Source: Tubulanus polymorphus
Lineage: Eukaryota > Animalia > Nemertea
Reading direction: 5' to 3'
Length of the DNA: 64,000 bases
NCBI RefSeq assembly: GCF_964204645.1
Contig: NC_134026.1
Location: 6,347,950-6,411,949, forward strand
Numbering within the stretch: the stretch's first letter is position 1; each line of letters starts with the position of its first letter. The notes under the pieces are model-generated. The model saw only the letters and a list, made by a program, of their open reading frames with translations, searched no databases and had not been told where the DNA came from. The translations under genes were made by a program, and so were the position numbers. Shown here one piece after another: positions 54,090 to 64,000 of this stretch.

Positions 54090-57000
54090 TCACAATATCC
54101 TACATTCACCGTCATACTGCGAGGGTACTTCAACAAGTGAACCTTCAGCAGGTTCTGGGTAATATCTATCTAGGTAGACCCTACAAAAAAGAAAACAGAC
54201 ACGAATTAAAAATGCTCAGTAAAACATTACCTTGAATACGACTCAATGTTGAATGAGATAAAGTGAAAAGCAGCGGGAATCAAGCAGTTTGTCAACAGAT
54301 TGAGTTATAAGATAGCGGATATCGAAGAAATTTGGTCTAAACTCATTCTTGAATTCTCTTCTGGCGGTTTGATATTGACCCTCTACTTTTTCTGGGATAC
54401 CATAATCTGTGCAACTGATAGAAATTTCTGGTAGAGTAATTTGGAATCGATATTCCTAAACCGAAATACATACCGGTACGTTCAATCAGAAACTTAAACA
54501 TTTTATTGCAATTATGAATATAACCAAAAATACATAAAAATCCTCTTTATGTTTTTTCGATATAACTCAGTATGTCAGTTATTAGTGGAGAATATGACTA
54601 ATAGTTAGTAAGCCTCTGTATACAGAAAACATCATCACTTAAATCACATGGAAAAACAGTTAGATGTAACTAATGTACTGATAGAAATATAATCCGACAC
54701 CTAGAATTTTTCAGTGAAAACACGCTCTTTGGTGCAATAAAACTAGTGAAACCTTGTTGCAAAGAACTTCAGGGGAAATCTCTTCGTGCGTTATATCCAG
54801 TATGAAATCATATTCTATTTGGGATAGGATTCTAAATTTGTAATAACCGATAAAATCGTTATATCCGAGGTCTTTATAACGAGGTTCCACTGTTAATATA
54901 CCAACATGTAACACATCACAAAACAATACATGTATGCGTGTGAACAAAGAGGTGCGCAATGTAATTTGCATCATAAACCACAATGTACAATATACAGTTT
55001 ATGCTGTTGCAGGGTAGGAGAGTTTTTTGAAGCGTATTAAGCTGTTTTAATTGCTACCTGATGAAATATATAAACTTGTATGGAACAAGATGAGTACTGT
55101 TCCCCGATCTTTGCCAGTACCATTCACCATCTAACGTAGAACTTTCAGCCCGACTGTCTCCATTTTTTATGTAATCGTGATGGAAAGGTCCACAAAACTC
55201 GGCACAAATTACATTGGCACCTACAGAATTTAGGGATGGTACACTAATTTACATTCACGACAAAAACTCAATTCTGGAGCCAGTTCCACGGTTCTCTCGA
55301 AGGTTAGATACGACTGTAGGGTAAAGACTACAGTAGACTTCGCTTGTCTCGAATCTCACAGGACCAACATATCTTCAACACAGTGCAAGTGAATTCTCGG
55401 GCAGTTTGAGCAACTATAGGTCCATCAATGCATTGGAGAATTTTGAATGATTTATCTCGCATTAAATGGTTATCGTCAATAATCCGTGACAAACGCAGTC
55501 TACTGTATTCTAGTCAAACTCGCTGCTTAAGTCATCATGGTTGTGATGATCATTACGTTGACTACCTATAAAAACTGCTGTATTAGTAAATCAAATTGCA
55601 AATACAAATTTGGACTCAAAAATAGTGATGACTTCAGTGACTTGTGACGATTCATTCTGATGACGATTACAGCGAGTTGAAAGCCACAACAGATCAAAAC
55701 TAAAACTAAAACAAAATACCCTTTCTGTACATGGTTTATCTAAATACATGATATCTGATGAGTGACTCAGCGAAATCGACCGTACTGGAATATATATATA
55801 TATATATATTCCAGTATGGTCGATATATATATATCGCTGTGGCCTTAAGACGGGTGGCGAGTTTGAACATGTGCAGTCTAGAACTGAGAACTGTGGAACT
55901 GGATCCTGAGGAGCTGATACTGAGATCGTGTCTGAAAATCCATATCCGTTTCATTACAACTATCAGTATGAGCTCCCCCGGTAAACAGGTGTTACCTGAT
56001 TATATAAACTAATTTATGACATTCGGGAGTTGACGATTCATCTCGACCCGGGAACCATTCGCCGTTATCAGCGCTGACTTCTGCCACTGGATCATAACAT
56101 TTTACGAGTTCGCGTTGAACTCCGAAAAACTCAGCGCAAAGAACGTTAGCTCCTGTGGACGAATTAGAAAACAACACACGGTCTGCCATCTACTGCATTC
56201 TGATCGATACTTATATCTATATATCTGCCTTAATAGACATGAACTTCAGAAATTCGTTGTTTTATGTAGAGAATCCCATAATAACAACGAAATATTTCCT
56301 TGAGCTAGCAGTTTATTCAACGTTTCGCCTACATTCTCGAAGTCATCTTCAGGAAATCAGTATTCCTGAAGATGACTATCAGGATATAGTCGAAACGTTG
56401 AATAAACTACTAGCTCAAGGAAACATTTTCCAAGTTTTTATCATTTTTTTCATTATTATTGTGGTAATCTCTACACATTATTGCCACAACACGGATATAG
56501 TGTTTATGGTTTTCATAGTTTTAGTTCAAAAATTGCCCAATTCTCCGTCTTCCGCTTGGCACAAAATGCTGATGAAAATTGTGAAAAGAGCAATTCAAAA
56601 AGTACTTCCGCAGGTGAAAAATCAGCTCTCCATGTTCGTATCGAATGCTTGTGGAGGGGAGTAGAAAATCAGCCAAATTTTGCATTCAACTTCTGGGCTC
56701 TTAATATCTTTGTTCATGAGATTACATGTGAATTTTCACATAAAAATCCCTACCGGTATTTCCATTGGCAATATTGACTGAAGTCTAATGACTAATATTT
56801 GATACCTACGTGTTGCGTTCAGCCATGATATTGCATATTTCATCAGTTGTATCATCGATTGATATTTAGTCGTATCCGAACCGCCCAGGTATCCCGGTAC
56901 GAACGTTCTGTAACTCAGTCCCGGGTAGTGGTTGTTTTGAGGGTTTACCGTTGGATCTTGCGGTACGACGTACCCAACTCTCATGAAACGAACTCTTTCC

Positions 57001-60000
57001 TTTCCGTAAATCTTGTAGAAGTACGGATAGGTGGTGAATAGATTGTGGCCACTTTCTCCTGAAAGATGAAATCGTTGAAACCCTTTACCTTTTTTCATAT
57101 TTTTCCCTGTTATTTAAACAAAATGCTTTCCATATTCACTGTGCTTGCCATGGAGCAGATTGCCTCATTAAACATTTTCCTACTCTAAGTAATGAGATGA
57201 CCTGTCATTGCTCTGACTCCCCTGAAATTTGCATGAAAACTGCTTTGATATTGTCTCGGCGAAAATTAATTGGTCCCGCGTGTACAGTCAACAGATTTTA
57301 ATTTAGTAGATCTTGCAGGATCAATCAATTCTTTCTGCGGTATGCGATTTCAGGGGCAGGGATGGTTTGTTATCACGATGAGCTAGAATGTGTAGATGTA
57401 TTGTCAGACAGGACATGCGATCATTGGAGGAACTCAACTCAACTCGGCATGCTGTACCTTCATTTTAACTCAGTGAAAAAGGTTTTGAATGGGATATACA
57501 CATTGTTGTTATTCAACTAACCCGACTCGGTGGAACTGACGTAGATTGTTTCGACTGTGTTTATATTCTTGATCGTCTGAAATATGAATTGTTCATAATA
57601 TAGACTTCATATGTAACATTCTAGGGAACCTTCAACGCTAATGGAGCTGAAGAGGATTCCACTTGTGGCAATTGAGGATCCGCCAGATGTCGCTAGTAGA
57701 GTCAAACGCGTTCAATTCGGATAAGCTTAATACAGATTTCGATCAAAACCGGATTCCATGTACAGTCCACCTATGCATAAATGGATTTCTCATAAACTGG
57801 ATGAATTCCATTGCTCCTGAATAATCCGAATCAAACAAGTTCCAATGTTACCTTGGTCTAATGCGAGCAATTCATTCTCAATTAATATCATATAAAGTTT
57901 TCACTGATGTAAATCAATTAGGCCTATCAATGAAACCAATCACTCAGTTCATCTTTGTCGAAACTCATACTATATTTTACTATATTTGAATTTGGGGCTC
58001 TAATCCAGTTCAGACTTGATTGTAAATGAACTAGTTTGGTTTTGACCGATGCCTGGGAGAGCATCCTGATGGTGTGGTTCAGTTGCGACTGTAACATGCA
58101 TTTACCTTTCTGGTATCATTGCGTAACCAAGTCTGTAGAGCTGGTAACATACTACTGTATGACGTGTATTCAGGGGTTCCATGAAACACACCTCTTCCAC
58201 ACGTCTTATGAGGTACAAAATCTTGAATTCCTACAACAGATATTCATCAATTATTAATTGCGAAAAGTAAAACAAATAGGACAATCCAGACTATGACTTC
58301 GTAAACTTGGGTTTTAACGCGTCAAAATTTGAGAATTATTTTCGAGGAATTGGACTCTCCTGCAAGAAATTCCCAGTCACAAGATTTCAATGATTTCGTT
58401 TTTATAAACTGTCTTACCCTAACAGCTGAAATGAATATTTACCTACGTATTCATATTTCGGAGGACCAATTAAATAAAACACTCGAATAAACTGAAACAA
58501 ATGTTGTTTATAAATATCTGGCCATGATGTCTGTTCCGTTGAAATGTTACCATCGAGGTGTTTCCAGATCTCTTTATCGATCTTCAATGTCACTGTATCA
58601 ATACTAACTACACTGCCTGCAAATGATAACAATACAATACATATACAATATAGGCCTAACCTTAGACACAATGTATAAATCTGCTGCCTGTACCCTTCAC
58701 CCCTTCAGATTGTCGGCTCTCTGTACCTGCAACCCCTCAGACTGTCTGCTGTCTGTACTCTGCACCCTCTCAGACAATCTGCTGCCTGTACTCCTTCAGA
58801 CTGTCTGCTATCTATACCCTGCACCCCTCAGACAGTCTGCTGCCTGTACCCTGCACACCTTCAGACAGTCTGCTGCCTGTACCCTGCACACCTTCAGACT
58901 GTCTGCTGTCTGTACTCTTCACCCCCTCAGGCAGTCTGGACAATCACATTTATATGGGTCAATCTGATTATTAATTCCATTAATCCTGATAAAATGTCTT
59001 TTTGGGGTAAAAACGTAACTGTAAGGCCTAATTAAGTTTCAAATAAGAATGGCTTGAGTACAGACAAGAAGCCAATATGAGGAGGGAGCAGGCTACTACA
59101 GAGGTCATTGCGACGTTCACCTTCTAGTGGACGAGTTCTTAAACCTTCGTTGAATTCTTTGATGACTTCGTCGAGTCGAGGATACGACACGTATTCGTGA
59201 CTAGAATTCAAATTGCGCGGTTTTAGATCTATGTATTGAAGCTGTAAAGGTGCCGAGGGTTTGAACGAGGGATCAATTGCAAACCATAATCTACAAAATA
59301 AAAACATAAATTCACAAATATTGATAGATGTTAATAGTTTGGAACCTGAACAGTCAATACCAGAAATACATAATCACTTTTGAAATGTTTTTGAGGACTT
59401 GCCAAAAATTTAAGGAGTTTCAAGGAATTTTAGAGCAACAGAAGATTCGAGATCCTTATAAATACTGAAAGTATGAACCCTGAAAGTTCACGTTTTAGTC
59501 CGCCACAGCTACAGAGGTCTGATACTGGGGGTGCAAGAGTACAATCGGGTGAGAATTAGGATCGGATCATTTTGAAATTAGTTGATTATGTACCCAAAGC
59601 TGACTGCCTCGGAATATGGCGTACCTAGAACAAACTACAGTAGACAGCGTTTACCTTGAAGTCAATTACAATACATACAAAAATTTTCTCACTCTGATTC
59701 ATCATGATAACGACCCTGCTATGACCAAGAGCGCAGTTTACTGTATCAAACTACTAACCTCAATCCGTACACAATAGCAGCGTGAGAATCTCCGTATCTA
59801 TAGTATAAACACCCATTATAAACATTACTGAGATTGGCACATTTTTTACTGATCGTTTGAACGTTTTTCAGAATGATATCGCTTCGAGTCAGTAGAAATT
59901 CATTCGCTCGTGCAATCAACAATCTACAACAAAACGAACAAAAAACAAGATTATAGTTAAGAAGTGTTAGAGTTTCAGCGCTTTATGAGTGACAGAAAAG

Positions 60001-60766
60001 GGAATAGTGGCTCGTACGTATCTGAGTTGCAGTAACTGCAAAAACTATAATGTTTTTTAATACATAATTGATTTTACAGTACCAACAACTCAGTAACCTG
60101 TCTGTGTCTGTGGTTTAGTTTCATGATCGGATAATTTCAAAAACTACCTTCCCTCATATAGCCTTACAGGCCTATACGATTATAAAAGCTTACCACCTAC
60201 AATTAGGTAACTAAAGATAGATATGAGCCTCTATAATCATAACCTGTCTGTGGTTTAGTTTTACGATCGGATAATTTTCAAAAACCACAAAAGTATATGC
60301 CCATCCAATTATAAAGCTTACCACCCACGATAAGGTAAGTATCTACTATAATCACTGATAATGAGTGTTTGTTTGTTCTGGCTTTACGTCGCTTGGATCT
60401 TGATTTCCCAAGACTAACCCAATCGGATTATTCATTCAAACTCATGACAGGACCACGGTCTTTGAAGTGTTGCCCGCACACTGTAAGCAGCCAGTAGGAC
60501 TCGAACCCGCTTGTCACTCAGCACTGAGTGATAGTGGATGCAACAGCATCACACCTTATCTCACATCTCGCTGAGCTACTGTCCGAGGCCGCTGGAAGAG
60601 GGTGACATGATACCTATTCTTCTGCTCACCTGAATTGTTCGAACGGTGCTCGTTTGATTTTATCGCTTCGATCCAGACATTTCGGCCAAAAATCGAAGAA
60701 GGTCAGTCTAACATCGGGTTGTACTACAGACTCGTACGAGGGTGGAGGTAAATTACATTCAGCCAT
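54090..60766 (-). CDS. Uncharacterised ~440-aa protein: PPxY motif, four ~100-aa internal repeats, C-terminal CaaX (CRIL)
   Basis: Exons 60766-60630, 59923-59759, 59290-59121, 58616-58443, 58230-58106, 57576-57522, 57058-56810, then 56152-55996 or 55220-55058, then 54180-54090. All GT-AG and phase-compatible, 1323 nt with the first alternative exon. Confidence 0.82.
56313..56404. ncRNA. Back-to-back pair of minimal type I hammerhead motifs (minus 56313-56356; plus 56361-56404) in a palindromic Penelope-like remnant (~56268-56472)
   Basis: Plus copy TATTC-CTGAAGA-T-GACTATCAGGATATAGTC-GAAA-CGTT-GAATA. Minus copy has the same core with a degenerate stem II. Confidence 0.65.
58680..58937. repeat. 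~33-bp minisatellite
   Basis: CAGTCTGCTGCCTGTACCCTGCACACCTTCAGA-like unit, about 8 degenerate copies. Confidence 0.85.
60095..60340 (+). repeat. Two tandem copies of the dispersed ~105-bp repeat
   Basis: Homologous to 22871-22975. Confidence 0.7.
60367..60590 (-). mobile_element. tRNA-derived SINE
   Basis: Minus strand: A-box-like TAGCTCAGCG, B box GGTTCGAGTCC, 3' tail GACGTAAAGCCAGAACAAACAAAC. Confidence 0.6.
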
Positions 60767-61575
60767 CTAATCTTCCAAGCTTCAACGTCAATGTTCAGTT
60801 GTCGGGCTTCAGTGCCTCCTCTGACGTAAATGTCGATGTTCAGTCAACTCTCAATCCCATCTCCAGCTGGTGATGTTTCAATTCTATTCTGAACTCAGGA
60901 ATTTCGGACGCTGGGCGCAATTTTCACTTTTTGACATTTTGATGTCTGTCTGCAGAGTTTCCAGAACCTGTCATGTCAGGTCTTAAGACCTGATATGACA
61001 GGTCTGACCTGTCATGTCAGGTCCCAAAAAAACCCAAACTCATGACAATATTTGACGAAACGGCGAAATATCTAGACATGTGCTAGACGAATGGAAGAAC
61101 ATTTTGAGTTGAATGAACATTCTGACCCGTCGTTAATATCGAAAATGATTCAACAATAACGATAAGGAAAATGTTCTGACAAATAATTAATTTGAAAGGT
61201 TGATTTATAAGAAGAAAATATTTATGTGTAAACTATGACTTATTTCTGTATTTAAGGGAAAAAAATAAGTTTTAATTTAGTAGATGAATTAATTAATGTA
61301 GAAGTAAGAGCACATTATATGAGAATATTTTCGCTAGATGAATCGAGGTCTTGATATTTCGTTTCCGCAATAAGACACTGAAAATTATCTGCTCACTATA
61401 TCACAGTTCGGCAACACTCCTCACTGTCATCAGTCATGAAGTCTCACTATTTATATTCATTTTCTTTATGATGTACATGTAAAAGAGCCGAATGCAATAT
61501 AGAAACTGATTTTATTGAGACTGATTTTAAATCTACTCATCAATTTAAAGCATGAAGTTTTTTTTCAATTTATAC

Positions 61576-63942
61576 CAGTTTTAATGCAGACCTGTCACCT
61601 CAGGTCCCGAGAAGCTCTGCAAAATGGCGCGAGCTGCCGTGTGAGGTCTCACTTCATAATTATTGTTTTATAGTAACTTAAGATTACCTATATCCATGGT
61701 TAGCAATTTATATTATACTCTTTACTATAAAGAGACCATAAAAAATAAAGTTTTCCTTCATTTCATCAGTTTTAATGCAGACCTGTCACCACAGGTCCCG
61801 AGAAGCTCTGCAAAATGGCGCGAGCTGCCGTGTGAGGTCTCGCTTCATAATTATTGTTTTATAGTAACTTAAAATTAACTATATCCATGTTTAGCAATCT
61901 ATATTATACTCTTTACTATAAAGAGACCATAAAAATTAAAGTTTTCCTTCATTTCATCAGTTTTAATGCAGACCTGTCACCACAGGTCCCGAAGGCTCTG
62001 CAAAATGGCGCGAGCTGCCGTGTGAGGTCTCGCTTCAAAATTATTGTTTTATAGTAACTTAAGATTACCTATATCCATGGTTAGCAATTTAATATTATAT
62101 TCATTACTATAAAGATACCATAAAAAGTGAAGTTTTTTCCATTTCATCAGTTTTAATGCAGACCTGTCACCACAGGTCCCGAAGACTCTGCAAAATGGCG
62201 CGAGCTGCCGTGTGAGGTCTCGCTTCAAAATTATTGTTTTATAGTAACTTAAGATTACCTATATCCATGGTTAGCAATTTAATATTATATTCATTGCTAT
62301 AAAGAGACCATAAAAATTAAAGTTTTCCTTCATTTCATCAGTTTTAATGCAGACCTGTCACCACAGGTCCCGAGAAGCTCTGCAAAATGGCGCGAGCTGC
62401 CGTGTGAGGTCTCGCTTCATAATTATTGTTTTATAGTAACTTAAGATTAACTATGTCCATGTTTAGCAATCTATATTATACTCTTTACTATAATAGAGAC
62501 CATAAAAATTAAAGTTTTCCTTCATTTCATCAGTTTTAATGCAGACCTGTCACCACAGGTCCCGAGAAGCTCTGCAAAATGGCGCGAGCTGCCGTGTGAG
62601 GTCTCGCTTCATAATTATTGTGTTATAGTAACTTAAGATTAACTATGTCCATGTTTAGCAATCTATATTATACTCTTTACTATAATAGAGACCATAAAAA
62701 TTAAAGTTTTCCTTCATTTCATCAGTTTTAACGCAGACCTGTCACCACAGGTCCCGAGAAGCTCTGCAAAAAGGCGCGAGCTGCCGTGTGAGGTCTCGCT
62801 TCATAATTATTGTTTTATAGTAACTTAAGATTAACTATATCCATGTTTAGCAATCTATATTATACTCTTTACTATAAAGAGACCATAAAAATTAAAGTTT
62901 TCCTTCATTTCATCAGTTTTAACGCAGACCTGTCACCACAGGTCCCGAGAAGCTCTGCAAAATGGCGCGAGCTGCCGTGTGAGGTCTCGCTGCATAATTA
63001 TTGTTTTATAGTAACTTAAGATTAATTCTATCCATGGTTACCAATTTATATTATACTCTTTACTATAAAGAGACCATAAAAATTAAAGTTTTCCTTCATT
63101 TCATCAGTTTTAATGCAGACCTGTCACCACAGGTCCCGAAGGCTCTGCAAAATGGCGCGAGCTGCCGTGTGAGGTCTCGCTTCAAAATTATTGTTTTATA
63201 GTAACTTAAGATTAACTATGTCCATGTTTAGCAATCTATATTATACTCTTTACTATAATAGAGACCATAAAAATTAAAGTTTTCCTTCATTTCATCAGTT
63301 TTAATGCAGACCTGTCACCACAGGTCCCGAAGACTCTGCAAAATGGTGCGAGCTGCCGTGTGAGGTCTCGCTTCAAAATTATTGTTTCATAGTAACTTAA
63401 GATTACCTATATCCATGGTTAGCAGTTTAATATTATATTCATTGCTATAAAGAGACCATAAAAATTAAAGTTTTCCTTCATTTCATCAGTTTTAATGCAG
63501 ACCTGTCACCACAGGTCCCGAGAAGCTCTGCAAAATGGCGCGAGCTGCCGTGTGAGGTCTCGCTTCATAATTATTGTTTTATAGTAACTTAAGATTACCT
63601 ATATCCATGGTTAGCAATTTATATTATATTCATTACTATAAAGATACCATAAAAAGTGAAGTTTTTTACATTTCATCAGTTTTAATGCAGACCTGTCACC
63701 ACAGGTCCCGAGAAGCTCTGCAAAATGGCACGAGCTGCCGTGTGAGGTCTCGCTTCAAAATTATTGTTTTATAGTTACTTAAGATTAATTCTATCCATGG
63801 TTACCAATTTATATTATACTCTTTACTATAAAGAGACCATAAAAATTAAAGTTTTTCTTCATTTCATCAGTTTTAATGCAGACCTGTCACCACAGGTCCC
63901 GAAGCTCTGCAAAATGGCGCGCGTTGCCGTGTGAGGCCTCAC
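61576..63942. repeat. 191-bp satellite array, about 12.4 units
   Basis: CAGTTTTAAYGCAGACCTGTCAC starts at 61576, 61767, 61958, 62148, 62339, 62531, 62723, 62914, 63105, 63296, 63487, 63677, 63868. Confidence 0.97.
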
Positions 63943-64000
63943 TAATTAATCAGTGTTATGTCTAATTTATCTATGTCAACTTATAAGCTTGGACTGAAAT

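Noticed and set aside
54231-54455. Exon-like segment with AG/GT boundaries before the last exon of the four-repeat gene
   Set aside because: Stop codons in all three phases and no similarity to the repeats.
56155-56664. 169-aa plus-strand ORF
   Set aside because: Runs through the palindromic Penelope-like remnant and intron sequence antisense to a gene; no recognisable domain.
59594-59624. Possible 31-nt micro-exon (RYAIFRGSQLW)
   Set aside because: Would break the phase between 59759 and 59290, which already join in frame.
61749-61775. Minus-strand CTGATGA...GAAA in satellite units (hammerhead-like)
   Set aside because: The intervening AATGAAG cannot form stem II and no convincing stem III or cleavage triplet is present.
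61576-63942. CRISPR-like appearance of the array and its short MFYSNL ORFs
   Set aside because: The variable halves are homologous to each other rather than unique spacers, there are no cas genes, the context is eukaryotic, and the ORFs are repeat artefacts with inconsistent frames.

Overview
AT-rich, intron-dense animal DNA, probably from a marine lophotrochozoan (inferred from gene content and repeat types). Five spliced genes can be reconstructed. (1) An inebriated-type SLC6 transporter (minus, runs off the left edge). (2) IFT22/RABL5 (plus). (3) A full-length laminin alpha-1/2 (wing blister)-type chain (minus). (4) A CCDC78 orthologue with an N-terminal kinesin motor domain whose switch motifs are degenerate (minus). 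(5) An uncharacterised ~440-aa protein of four ~100-aa repeats with an N-terminal PPxY motif, a C-terminal CaaX box and a pair of mutually exclusive paralogous exons (minus). The most unusual features are a ~300-aa in-frame ([11 protein letters not shown])n insertion with 22 D-G-S-G sites inside a laminin LE module, a candidate alternative terminal exon that would truncate the laminin just downstream of it, the pseudo-kinesin-CCDC78 fusion, and four minimal type I hammerhead ribozyme motifs in a Penelope-like repeat family. Introns hold many MITEs (one nested), a Helentron-type element and a tRNA-derived SINE. A 191-bp satellite fills the right end. All exon boundaries were read by eye and no database searches were run.
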